Positions 1-9,267 of a stretch of 62,367 bases of DNA are shown piece after piece (position 1 is the stretch's first letter; every line of letters starts with the position of its first letter). The stretch covers positions 1 through 62,367 of the forward strand of contig JAEXWS010000033.1 of assembly GCA_023406225.1 (NCBI GenBank), read 5' to 3'. A program made the position numbers and the translations under genes. A model generated the notes under the pieces. It ran no database searches. It saw only the letters and a list, made by a program, of their open reading frames with translations, and was not told the origin of the DNA. Source of the DNA: Bacillota bacterium. GTDB taxonomy: Bacteria; Bacillota; Clostridia; Oscillospirales; Oscillospiraceae.

Positions 1-1195
1 GCTCCAGGCGGAACATTACGCCGGCGCGATGCAGGCCAAGCGGGAGGGAAAGATGGTGGCCTGGGCCACGTCCATCTGCCCCCAGGAGCTGCTGGAGACG
101 CTGGATATCGACGTGGTCTATCCGGAAAACCACGCGGCGGCCATCGGCGCCCGGAAGGACGCGCCCCAGTTCATCGCCAACGCCGAGGCCAAGGGCTATT
201 CCACGGATATCTGCTCTTACGCCCGGGTGAACATGGGCTATGCGGACATCCAGTATTCCGAGGCGGAGAACATCCCTCTGCCGGACCTGATCTTCTGCTG
301 CAGCAACATCTGCAACACGGCCATCAAATGGTATGAGAACCTGGCCAAGACCCTGCATGTGCCCCTGGTGATGTTCGATATGCCCTTCAACCACACGTTC
401 GACATCCCGGAGCACAGCATCAAATACATGCGGGGCCAGATCGAGTACGCCATCGGCCAGCTGGTGGAGATCACCGGCAAAAAGTTCGACTACGACAAGT
501 TCGGAGAGGTCATGAAGGTCTCCTCCGAGAGCGCGCTGTGGTGGCGGCGGGCCACGGACCTGGGGCGGAACCATCCCTCCCCCCTCAACGGCTTCGACAT
601 GTTCAACTACATGGCCATGATCGTCTGCGCCCGGGGCAAGGAGTCCACCAGGGACCTCTTCAAGCTGTGGCACGACGAGATGGCGGAGAAGGTCCGCCTG
701 GGCAAGGGACCCTGGCGGGAGGGCGAGGAGAAGTACCGCATCATGTGGGACGGCATCGCCTGCTGGCCCCATCTGTCCGTCACCTACAAGACTTTGAAAA
801 AGTACGGCATCAACATGGTCACCAGCACCTATCCGGAGTCCTGGACCATCGTGTACGAGAAAAACGATCTGGACGGCATGGCCCGGGCCTACAGCGCAAA
901 CTACGCCAACCGGAACCTGGACTACGGCACCGGCAACGTCATCAAGCTGGTCCGGGACTTCGATCTGGACGGCATCGTTTACCACTCCAACCGGAGCTGC
1001 AAGCTGATGGACTTCCGCCAGTACGAGGTCCAGCGGCGCATCGAGGAGGCCACCGGCGTTCCCTCCGTGGTGTTCGACGGCGACCAGACCGACCCCCGCA
1101 TCTTCTCCCAGGCCCAGTATGAGACCCGCATCCAGGCATTGCTTGAGATGATGGAGGAGAACAAGATCAAAAAGCAGAGAGGTGACCTGAAATGA
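1..1195 (+). CDS. 2-hydroxyacyl-CoA dehydratase subunit (HadB/FldB/HgdA-like), 5'-truncated by the window edge
   Basis: Frame is open from position 2 (LQAEHYAGAM...). Motifs YPENHAAAIGA, DICSYARVN, NICNT..KWYE, HSNRSCK and DGDQTDPR..AQYETR are typical of the family. Confidence 0.9.
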   Translation, partial: LQAEHYAGAMQAKREGKMVAWATSICPQELLETLDIDVVYPENHAAAIGARKDAPQFIANAEAKGYSTDICSYARVNMGYADIQYSEAENIPLPDLIFCCSNICNTAIKWYENLAKTLHVPLVMFDMPFNHTFDIPEHSIKYMRGQIEYAIGQLVEITGKKFDYDKFGEVMKVSSESALWWRRATDLGRNHPSPLNGFDMFNYMAMIVCARGKESTRDLFKLWHDEMAEKVRLGKGPWREGEEKYRIMWDGIACWPHLSVTYKTLKKYGINMVTSTYPESWTIVYEKNDLDGMARAYSANYANRNLDYGTGNVIKLVRDFDLDGIVYHSNRSCKLMDFRQYEVQRRIEEATGVPSVVFDGDQTDPRIFSQAQYETRIQALLEMMEENKIKKQRGDLK

Positions 1196-2319
1196 ACGAC
1201 GCCCGGACGATCATCGACGCCCTCTGCCGCCAGGCGCTGCATCCCGCCCAAACCATCGGGGAGAGCTGCAGATCCTCCGGCAGGGAGGCGGTGGGGTGCT
1301 TCCCCATCTATACGCCCGAGGAGCTGGTTTACGCGGCGGGCTTCCTGCCCGTGGGCATGTGGGGCGGAAACACGGAGATCAAGCTGGCGGACCGCTACCT
1401 CCAGGGCTTTTGCTGCTCCATCATGCGCTCCAACATCGAGTACGGCATGCGGGGGACGTATAACCGGCTGAAGGCCGTTTTGCTGCCCACCCTGTGCGAT
1501 ACCTTGAAATGCATCTGCGAAAACTGGAAGGTGGCGGTGCCCCAGGTGCCCGTTATCCCGGTGGTGTATCCTCAGAACCGGAACCTTCCGGCAGGGGAGC
1601 AGTACTTAAAAGACGAGTTCCAGCGCGTGCGGGGGGAGCTTGCCCGCCTGGCGGGCCGCAGAGTCACCGACGAGGACCTGGAAGCGGCCTTCGCCCTGTA
1701 TGAGGACTGGCGGGCGGCCATGCGGGACTTCTGCGAGGCCGCGGCGGACCATCCCAAAACGGTGGACGCCAAGGCGCGGCATCTGGTCATCAAGGCGGGC
1801 TGGTTCCTGGACAAGGCCGCCTATACCGCCCGCATCCGGGAGCTGACGGCGGCGCTGCGGGCCATGCCCGCCGAGGAATGCGCGGTCCGTGTGGTGGCCA
1901 CCGGACTGATGGCGGAGCCGGTGGGCATCCTGGACCTTTTGACGGAGAACGGCATCGCCGTGGTGGCGGACGATCTGGCCCAGGAAAGCCGCCAGTTCCG
2001 CACGCCCGCCCGGCCCGGAGGGGACGCCCTCTCCCGGATGGCGTGGCGCGTCATGGACCAGCGGGGCTGCCCCTTCCTCTATGAGGAGGGCAAGAGCCGG
2101 GGCCGGATGCTCATCGATCTGGCGGAGACATACAGGGCCGACGCGGTGGTGACCATGCTGATGAAGTTCTGTGATCCGGACGAGTTCGACTATCCCATCT
2201 ACAAGGCGGAGCTGGAAGCGGCGGGGATCCCCCAGCTCTATCTGGAGGTGGAGCAGCAGATGGACAGCTTCGGCCAGGTGGGCACCCGCATCCAGAGCTT
2301 TGCGGAAATGTTGACGTAA
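1192..2319 (+). CDS. 2-hydroxyacyl-CoA dehydratase second subunit (HadC/FldC/HgdB-like)
   Basis: Motifs GCFPIYTPEEL, CCSIMRS, CDTLKC and MKFCDPDEFDYP. ATGA overlap with the upstream gene. Confidence 0.9.
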   Translation: MNDARTIIDALCRQALHPAQTIGESCRSSGREAVGCFPIYTPEELVYAAGFLPVGMWGGNTEIKLADRYLQGFCCSIMRSNIEYGMRGTYNRLKAVLLPTLCDTLKCICENWKVAVPQVPVIPVVYPQNRNLPAGEQYLKDEFQRVRGELARLAGRRVTDEDLEAAFALYEDWRAAMRDFCEAAADHPKTVDAKARHLVIKAGWFLDKAAYTARIRELTAALRAMPAEECAVRVVATGLMAEPVGILDLLTENGIAVVADDLAQESRQFRTPARPGGDALSRMAWRVMDQRGCPFLYEEGKSRGRMLIDLAETYRADAVVTMLMKFCDPDEFDYPIYKAELEAAGIPQLYLEVEQQMDSFGQVGTRIQSFAEMLT

Positions 2320-2328
2320 GGAGGGCCC

Positions 2329-3108
2329 ATGTATTTAGGAATCGACATCGGCTCCTCCTCCTCCAAGGCGGCGCTGCTCAATGAGGAAAAGGTGATCGTG
2401 GGGACCCGGGTGGTGAACCTGGGCACCGGCACCAAGGGCATCCAGACGGCGCTGAGCGAGCTGTATGACCAGGCGGGCATCGCCCCCGGACAGGTCCGTT
2501 ACACGGTGGTCACCGGTTACGGGCGGCTGCTGTACGGCGAGGCCGACAAACAGATTACGGAGATCACCTGCCACGCCAAGGGCATCCACTTTCTGATGCC
2601 CCAGGTGCGGACGGTGGTGGATATCGGCGGCCAGGATTCCAAGGTCATCCGCATGGACGGCGGCGGCAACGTGCAGAACTTCGTCATGAACGAGAAATGC
2701 GCCGCGGGAACGGGCCGGTTCCTGGAGGTCATGGCCCGGGTGCTGGGCTGCTCCATCGGGGAGCTCAGCGATCTGGCGGCCCGGGCCACCCGGGATGTGG
2801 CCATCTCCAGTGTGTGCACCGTGTTCGCGGAGAGTGAGGTCATCTCCCAGCTCTCCCAGGGCCAGCATCCCGACGACGTGGCCCGGGGCGCCCTGCGGGC
2901 GGTGGCCAAGCGGGTGGCGGGACTGTGCGGCCGGGTGGGGGTGGAGGACGCCGTCGCCATGAGCGGCGGCGTGGCCCTCAACCGGACGATGGTGGAGGTC
3001 CTGGGCCAGGAGCTGGACCGGACCGTGATTCCCGCGCCGGACTCCCAGGCGGTGGGCGCCATCGGCGCGGCCATCCTGGCCCGGGAGCAGTACCACAAGA
3101 GCCGCTGA
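2329..3108 (+). CDS. ATP-dependent dehydratase activator (HadI/FldI/HgdC family)
   Basis: Motifs GIDIGSSSSK, TGYGR, DIGGQDSK, MNEKCAAGTGRFLE and CTVFAESEVIS. AGGAGG RBS. Confidence 0.93.
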   Translation: MYLGIDIGSSSSKAALLNEEKVIVGTRVVNLGTGTKGIQTALSELYDQAGIAPGQVRYTVVTGYGRLLYGEADKQITEITCHAKGIHFLMPQVRTVVDIGGQDSKVIRMDGGGNVQNFVMNEKCAAGTGRFLEVMARVLGCSIGELSDLAARATRDVAISSVCTVFAESEVISQLSQGQHPDDVARGALRAVAKRVAGLCGRVGVEDAVAMSGGVALNRTMVEVLGQELDRTVIPAPDSQAVGAIGAAILAREQYHKSR

Positions 3109-3163
3109 AAACAGACCGGGCGGCGGCCCGGACCCCATTAATCAAAGAGAGGAACATGTCATC

Positions 3164-4471
3164 ATGGATTGGAAAGAATATTACAAGCAGCATCTGGTAT
3201 CCGCGGAGGAGGCGGTTTCCCACATCAAGTCCGGAGACTGGGTGGTGCCGTCCCACGCCGCGTCCGAGCCGGAATACCTGTTTGATGCGCTGCTCAAGCG
3301 CAGCGGCGAGCTGCGGGACGTGCGCATCTGGCAGGGGCTGAACATCGGGGCCGCCAAGTACGCCCGCCCCGAGTACACGGAGAGCTTCAAGGTCAGCTCC
3401 GTATTCCTGGGCGGCCAGAACCGGGAATGCATCCAAAACGGCCGGGGCGAGTTCACCCCCATGGCCTTTTCCCTTCAGCCCCGGGCGATGCGCACCGGCG
3501 CGGTGCCCTGCGACGTGTACCTGGGCCAGGTGACGCCTCCCGACGACGAGGGCTATTGCAGCTTCGGCCTGTCCGTGGACTTCGCCCGCTCCTGCGTGGA
3601 GGCCGCCAAGCTGAAGATCGTCCAGGTGAACCGCAACATGCCCCGCACCTGCGGCGACACCAAGGTCCATGTGACGGAGCTGGACTACTTCGTGGAGGCG
3701 GACACCCCCCTCTATGAACTGCCCCTCATCGACAGCAGCGACCCCATTGTGGACCGGATCGGCGCCAACATCGCCTCGCTGATCGACGACGGCGCCACCC
3801 TCCAGATGGGCCAGGGCAAGATCCCCAACGCCATCCTCAAGTGCCTGTTCGACAAGAAGGATCTGGGCATCCACACGGAGGTCTTTTCCGACAACCTTCT
3901 GCCCCTGATCGAGGCGGGCGTGATCAACGGAGCCCGCAAGAGCATCAACCAGGGCAAGATCGTCTCCACCTTCATCCAGGGCACCCGGGCGCTGTACGAT
4001 TTTGCGGACGGCAACGACATGGTGCAGCTCCATCCCGTGGACTATACGAACCACGTGGGCGTCATCGCCCAGAACGACAACATGGTGGCCATCAACTCCG
4101 CCATCGAGGTGGACCTGACCGGCCAGGTGGCGGCGGACGCCATGGGCATGACGCAGTTCTCCGGCATCGGCGGCCAGCTGGACTTTATCCGGGGCGCGGC
4201 GCTGAGCCGCGGCGGCAAGCCCGTCATCGCCCTGCCCGCCACGGCGAAAAAAGGGAGCATTTCCCGCATCGTGGCCCGGATGCAGGCCGGCACCCCCATT
4301 GCAACGCCCCGGAACGACGTCTTTTATGTGGTCACCGAGTACGGCGTGGCGGAGCTGTTCGGCAAGTGCCTGCGGGACCGGGCCAAGGCGCTGATCTCCA
4401 TCGCGGCCCCCCAGTTCCGGGAGGACCTGGAACGGGACTTCTTCGAGCTTTACAAAAAGTCCGGCATCTGA
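3164..4471 (+). CDS. Acetyl-CoA hydrolase/CoA-transferase (4-hydroxybutyrate CoA-transferase-like, family I)
   Basis: Motifs DGATLQMGQGKIPNA, LGIHTE (catalytic Glu), SGIGGQLDF and VVTEYGVA. Confidence 0.88.
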   Translation: MDWKEYYKQHLVSAEEAVSHIKSGDWVVPSHAASEPEYLFDALLKRSGELRDVRIWQGLNIGAAKYARPEYTESFKVSSVFLGGQNRECIQNGRGEFTPMAFSLQPRAMRTGAVPCDVYLGQVTPPDDEGYCSFGLSVDFARSCVEAAKLKIVQVNRNMPRTCGDTKVHVTELDYFVEADTPLYELPLIDSSDPIVDRIGANIASLIDDGATLQMGQGKIPNAILKCLFDKKDLGIHTEVFSDNLLPLIEAGVINGARKSINQGKIVSTFIQGTRALYDFADGNDMVQLHPVDYTNHVGVIAQNDNMVAINSAIEVDLTGQVAADAMGMTQFSGIGGQLDFIRGAALSRGGKPVIALPATAKKGSISRIVARMQAGTPIATPRNDVFYVVTEYGVAELFGKCLRDRAKALISIAAPQFREDLERDFFELYKKSGI

Positions 4472-4521
4472 GCACGCGCTCTGAAAGTATAAGCCATATC
4501 AATTTTTAGGAGGAACACGAC

Positions 4522-5598
4522 ATGAAAAAGACCCGCACTCTTGTATCCCTGGTCCTGGCCCTGGTAATGGTCCTGACCCTGGCCGCCTGCGGCGGCGGCG
4601 ACGCCAAGACGCCCGCGAACGACGGTTCCGGCGGCTCCGGCGGCGCGGCGGACGACACCGTTTACACCATCACCGCCGGCGGCACCGTCCCCGACGAGCA
4701 CCCCATTTCCCAGGGCATGTTCGAGTTTGAACGGGTGGCCGAGGAGCTGTCCGGCGGCCGCATCCAGGTGGAGACTTACGTGAACAACACCCTGGGCGGA
4801 AGCCGGGAGCTGGTGGAGGCCGTGCAGGCGGGCGAGCTCCAGATGTGCGAGACCAGCCAGTCCATGTACGCGAGCTTCACCGAGGAGCTGATGAGCGTGG
4901 GCCTGCCCTTCCTGTTCAAAAACCGCGAGGCCGCCTATGCCTTCTATGACAGCGAGGTGGGCGACCAGATCTCCCAGGCCATCTGCGACCAGACCGGCAT
5001 CCGCATCGTGGGCTATTTTGAAAACGGCATCCGCCAGCTCACCAACTCCAAGCGTCCCATCCTCACCCCCGACGACATGAAGGGCCTGAAGATCCGCGTC
5101 ATGGAGTCCCCCTTGTATATCGAGATGTTCACCGAGATGGGCGCCAACCCCATGCCCATGTCCTTCAGCGAACTGTATACCGCGCTGCAGCAAAAGACCG
5201 TGGACGGCCAGGACAATCCCTACGCCATCACCGCCACCAACGCCTTCTATGAGGTCCAGAAATACATGACCGACCTGAGCCACACCTTTGACATCACCTG
5301 CTACTCCATCAACGACGCGTTCTACCAGAGCCTGCCCGACGACTTGAAGGACGTGGTGGACCAGGCTGCGGCCGCCGCCGTGAAGGTGAACCGCGAGCAG
5401 TCTGTGGAGAAGGAAGCCGAGTATATCAAGACCATCCAGGACGGCGGCTGCGAGATCACCTTCCTGACCGACGAGCAGCGCCAGGTCTTCAAGGACGCCA
5501 CCGCCGGGTGCTATGATTTCTTCACCAAGAACTACAATCCCACCGTTACCCTGGAGACCGTCATGGCCAAGGCCGAGGAAGTGAACGCGGCCAACTGA
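4522..5598 (+). CDS. dctP: TRAP transporter solute-binding lipoprotein (DctP family)
   Basis: Lipobox LAAC; motifs ENGIRQLTN, DMKGLKIRVM and ELYTALQQKTVDGQDN. Confidence 0.9.
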   Translation: MKKTRTLVSLVLALVMVLTLAACGGGDAKTPANDGSGGSGGAADDTVYTITAGGTVPDEHPISQGMFEFERVAEELSGGRIQVETYVNNTLGGSRELVEAVQAGELQMCETSQSMYASFTEELMSVGLPFLFKNREAAYAFYDSEVGDQISQAICDQTGIRIVGYFENGIRQLTNSKRPILTPDDMKGLKIRVMESPLYIEMFTEMGANPMPMSFSELYTALQQKTVDGQDNPYAITATNAFYEVQKYMTDLSHTFDITCYSINDAFYQSLPDDLKDVVDQAAAAAVKVNREQSVEKEAEYIKTIQDGGCEITFLTDEQRQVFKDATAGCYDFFTKNYNPTVTLETVMAKAEEVNAAN

Positions 5599-5611
5599 TG
5601 TTGAAAACGGA

Positions 5612-5641
5612 TTGCGGAGCGGCGGCGGCGCCGCTCCGCAA
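5612..5641 (+). terminator. Intercistronic stem-loop after dctP (probable mRNA stabiliser or attenuator)
   Basis: TTGCGGAGCGGCG-GCGG-CGCCGCTCCGCAA, a perfect 13-bp stem with no U-tract. Confidence 0.55.
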
Positions 5642-5665
5642 AGTCCCAAGGAGAAAGGGAACAGC

Positions 5666-6148
5666 ATGAAAATATTGACCTTTATCGACCGTCATCTGGA
5701 GGAGATGCTCTGCGCCGTGCTGCTGTCGGCCATGACCATCGTGATCTTTATGCAGATCGTCTTCCGCGTTTTCGGCCTGCCTCTGTCTTGGACGGAGGAG
5801 ATCGGCCGCTACATGTTCATCTGGCTCATCTACATCGGCTGCGCCTCCGCCATCCGCAAGCGCAAGCACATCTGCGTGGAGCTGCTGGACCTGGTTTTGA
5901 AGGACCGGGGCCGGTTTGTGCTGAGCATCATTTCCAATGTGATCTTCCTGATTTTTGCGGGCATTTTGACCTATTACGGCTTCTTTGTGGTCCAGAGAGT
6001 CTCCGCGCAGCTCTCTCCCGCCATTCGGATGCCCATGTCCATCCCCTATGCATCCGTCCTGGTGGGCAGCGCGCTGATGTTCATCCGCCTGATCCAGGAC
6101 ACGATCGCCCGGTTTAAAGAGAGAAAGGAGGAACTGAAGGCATTATGA
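5666..6148 (+). CDS. dctQ: TRAP small permease (DctQ)
   Basis: Motifs WTEEIGRYMFIW and HICVELL, four hydrophobic segments. Start moved to the ATG after a purine-rich RBS. Confidence 0.88.
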   Translation: MKILTFIDRHLEEMLCAVLLSAMTIVIFMQIVFRVFGLPLSWTEEIGRYMFIWLIYIGCASAIRKRKHICVELLDLVLKDRGRFVLSIISNVIFLIFAGILTYYGFFVVQRVSAQLSPAIRMPMSIPYASVLVGSALMFIRLIQDTIARFKERKEELKAL

Positions 6149-7434
6149 CGAATCTGATTTTATTCGGCTCCTTCTTTATCCTGCTGCTGTTGAAGGTGCC
6201 CATCGGCGTTTCCGTGGGCATGTCCATCGTACTGTATCTGACCACCTGCAGCACCCAGCCCCTGACCTATCTTGCCACCAACATGTTTACCGCGGTGGAT
6301 TCCTTCCCCCTGATGGCCATCCCCTTCTTTATCCTGGCGGGCGGATTGATGGAGGGCGGCGGATTGAGCAAGCGCCTGGCGGATCTGGGCGGCGCGGCGG
6401 TGGGCCACATCACGGGCGGCTTCGCCATCGTGACGGTGCTCACCTGCATGTTCTTCGGCGCCATCTCCGGCTCCGGTCCGGCCACCGTGGCCGCCATCGG
6501 CGCGGTGATGGTCCCCGCCATGATCGAGCACGGCTATGACAAGGCCTTCTCCGTGGCGCTGATCGCGGCCTCCGGCTGCCTGGGCGTCATCGTGCCGCCC
6601 AGCATCCCCATGGTGCTGTACGGCGTGTCCACCGGCGCGTCTGTGGGCACCATGTTCATGGGCGGCTTCGGTCCCGCCATCGTCCTGGGCGGCGCGCTGT
6701 GCGTGCTGAGCATCGTGGTCTCCAGAAAGCGGGGCTACAAGGGCAACGGACAGAAGTTCTCCCTGGCCAATCTCTGGAAGCAGTTCAAAAACTCCATCTG
6801 GGCCCTGCTGGTGCCGGTCATCATCCTGGGCGGCATCTACGGCGGCTATTTCACCCCCACCGAGGCGGCGGTCATCGCCTGCGTGTACGGCCTGGTGGCC
6901 GGCGCGGTCATCTACCGGGAGCTGAGCTGGAAGAAGCTGTACGATTCCCTGATCGGCTCCGCAGAGACGGTGGGCACCGTGCTCATCATGGTGGGCACCG
7001 GCACCGTGCTGGGCAAGATTTTGGCGCTGGAGCGCATCCCCGACGCCATCATGAACGGCATGACCTCCCTCACCGACAACAAGTTCGTCATTTTGCTGCT
7101 GATCAACCTGCTGCTTTTGGTGGTGGGCTGCATCATGGACACCACCCCCGCCATTTTGATCCTCTCGCCCATCCTGTATCCCGTGGCCCAGGCCTTCGGC
7201 ATCGGCATCTTCCACTTCGGCCTCATCATGATCACCAATATGGCCATCGCCTTCATCACCCCGCCCGTGGGCGTGAACCTGTTCGTGGCCTCCGGCATGA
7301 CCAAGATGAAATTCACCGACCTTTGCAAGGCCATCGTGCCGTTTATTCTGGTGATGTTCGGCGCGCTGATCCTGATCACGTATATCCCCGCCATCACCGA
7401 GGCGCTCCCAAGGCTCTTGGGCATGATCGAGTGA
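6145..7434 (+). CDS. dctM: TRAP large permease (DctM)
   Basis: Motifs AIPFFILAG, FGAISGSGPAT, IVPPSIPM, FTPTEAA and ITPPVGVNLFV. Confidence 0.92.
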   Translation: MTNLILFGSFFILLLLKVPIGVSVGMSIVLYLTTCSTQPLTYLATNMFTAVDSFPLMAIPFFILAGGLMEGGGLSKRLADLGGAAVGHITGGFAIVTVLTCMFFGAISGSGPATVAAIGAVMVPAMIEHGYDKAFSVALIAASGCLGVIVPPSIPMVLYGVSTGASVGTMFMGGFGPAIVLGGALCVLSIVVSRKRGYKGNGQKFSLANLWKQFKNSIWALLVPVIILGGIYGGYFTPTEAAVIACVYGLVAGAVIYRELSWKKLYDSLIGSAETVGTVLIMVGTGTVLGKILALERIPDAIMNGMTSLTDNKFVILLLINLLLLVVGCIMDTTPAILILSPILYPVAQAFGIGIFHFGLIMITNMAIAFITPPVGVNLFVASGMTKMKFTDLCKAIVPFILVMFGALILITYIPAITEALPRLLGMIE

Positions 7435-7435
7435 G

Positions 7436-8191
7436 GTGGACTTCGTGTTTGACATCACAGGGAAGCGGGCCATCGTTACCGGCGGCAGCCGGGGCATCGG
7501 GCTGACCCTGGCAAAGACCCTGTATGACGCGGGGGCGGCCGTGGCGGTCACCGGCAGCGGGGAGAGCATTCACGCCGCGGCGTCTCAGATCGGAGACGCC
7601 GGGCGGGTCCGGGGCTTTATCGCGGACTTCCGGGACAGCGCCGCTGTGGAGCGCTGCTTTGGAGAGGCCAGGGACTTCCTGGGCGGCGTGGATATCCTGG
7701 TGAACAACGCCGGGACCCAGATCCGCCATCCCTGCGAGGATTTTCCCCTGGAGGAATTTTGCCAGGTGATGCAGGTGAACCTGGTCTCAGCCTTTCAGAT
7801 GGCCCAACTGGCCGGACGGGAGATGCTGGCTCAGGGGAGCGGCAAGATCATCAACATCGCCTCCATGCTCAGCTTTTTCGGCGGACACAACGTCCCGGCC
7901 TATACGGCCTCCAAGGGCGGCATCGCCCAGCTGACAAAGGCCCTGTCCAACGGCTGGGCGGCCCGCGGCGTGAACGTGAACGCCATCGCCCCGGGGTATC
8001 TGGCAACAGACAACACCGCCGCCATCCGCGCCGACCCGGTGCGGAACGAGGAGATTCTCAGCCGCATCCCGGCGGGCCGCTGGGGCCGGCCGGAGGATTT
8101 GGCGGGCGCGCTGCTGTTTTTGGCCTCCTCCGCCTCGGATTACCTCTCCGGCGTGGTGCTGCCGGTGGATGGCGGCTTCATGGGCAGATAA
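7436..8191 (+). CDS. kduD: KduD/gluconate 5-dehydrogenase-like short-chain dehydrogenase
   Basis: Motifs TGGSRGIG, NNAG, IASMLSF.GG, YTASK, NAIAPGY and RIPAGRWG. GTG start. Confidence 0.78.
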   Translation: MDFVFDITGKRAIVTGGSRGIGLTLAKTLYDAGAAVAVTGSGESIHAAASQIGDAGRVRGFIADFRDSAAVERCFGEARDFLGGVDILVNNAGTQIRHPCEDFPLEEFCQVMQVNLVSAFQMAQLAGREMLAQGSGKIINIASMLSFFGGHNVPAYTASKGGIAQLTKALSNGWAARGVNVNAIAPGYLATDNTAAIRADPVRNEEILSRIPAGRWGRPEDLAGALLFLASSASDYLSGVVLPVDGGFMGR

Positions 8192-8193
8192 GA

Positions 8194-8234
8194 GGACGGC
8201 CGGCGGAACGGAGCTTCGTTTCGCCGGCCGTTTT
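8194..8234 (+). terminator. Terminator-like hairpin inside the operon after kduD
   Basis: ACGGCCGGCG...CGCCGGCCGT followed by TTT. Confidence 0.5.
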
Positions 8235-8262
8235 ATCAGTTGAAAACGAAAGGAGGCGCGCC

Positions 8263-9255
8263 GTGAGCAGATACCGGATCGTAATCACCGAGAGCGAATA
8301 TGAGGATTTCTCCGCGGAGCGGGAGGTGCTGGAGCCCATCGGCTGTGAGATCGTCAAGCTGAACTGCCGGGACGGGGACGTTTTGAAAGAGGCCCTGCGG
8401 GACGCCGACGGGGTGCTGTTCCAGTGGGCCCGCATGACGGGTCCCGTCATCCGGGCCATGGAGCGGTGCCGGGTCCTGGCCAAATACGCCACCGGCACCG
8501 ACGGCGTGGACCTGGCCGCGGCCACGGGGCGGAACATCTGCGTCACCAACGTAACGGATTACTGCACGGAGGAGGTCTCCGACCACGCCTGCGCCATGCT
8601 GCTGGCGCTGTCCCGGGGACTGAAGCTCCATGACGAGGCCATCCGCCGCGGCCGCTGGGACTACCACGCGGCGAAACCCCTGCCGGACCTGCGGCGGGGC
8701 GTTCTGGGCATCGTGGGCTTCGGGCGCATTTCCCGCCGGGTGATGGAGAAGATGCGTCCCTTCTGCGGAGAGATCTGGGTGTCCAGCGGCGCTTCCGCCG
8801 AAGAGATCGCCGCCGCCGGAGGGGTGAAAAAGACCTTTGAAGAAGTGACGGCGGGGGCGGACTACCTCTCCGTCCACATCCCCGGCACGCCGGAGAACGC
8901 CGGACGGTTCGACCGGGCCGTGTTCGGGCGGATGAAGCATGGCGCGTGCCTTGTGAACGTGGCGAGAGGCTCCGTCCTCCGGGAGGAGGACCTGGCGGAG
9001 GCTTTGCAGAAGGGCCGCCCGGCCTTCGCGGCCCTGGACGTGTTTGAACAGGAGCCGCTGCCGCCTTCCAGCCCCCTGCTGGGGCTGGACAACGTGCTGC
9101 TCTCGCCCCACGCCGGGTGGTATTCCGCCGCGGCCCAGCGGCGGTTGCAGCGGACGGCGGCGGAGCAGGTGCGCGCCGTTTTGGAGGGCCGGCGGCCGGA
9201 GTGCCTGGTGAACCGGGAGGTGGCGGAACGGCTGTTTCCGCCCGAACAACAGTAA
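8263..9255 (+). CDS. D-isomer-specific 2-hydroxyacid dehydrogenase (CtBP-like)
   Basis: GTG start after AGGAGG. Motifs DYCTEEVSDHA, GIVGFGRI, NVARG, LDVFEQEP and SPHAGWYS. Confidence 0.85.
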   Translation: MSRYRIVITESEYEDFSAEREVLEPIGCEIVKLNCRDGDVLKEALRDADGVLFQWARMTGPVIRAMERCRVLAKYATGTDGVDLAAATGRNICVTNVTDYCTEEVSDHACAMLLALSRGLKLHDEAIRRGRWDYHAAKPLPDLRRGVLGIVGFGRISRRVMEKMRPFCGEIWVSSGASAEEIAAAGGVKKTFEEVTAGADYLSVHIPGTPENAGRFDRAVFGRMKHGACLVNVARGSVLREEDLAEALQKGRPAFAALDVFEQEPLPPSSPLLGLDNVLLSPHAGWYSAAAQRRLQRTAAEQVRAVLEGRRPECLVNREVAERLFPPEQQ

Positions 9256-9267
9256 GGAGGAGCGCGC

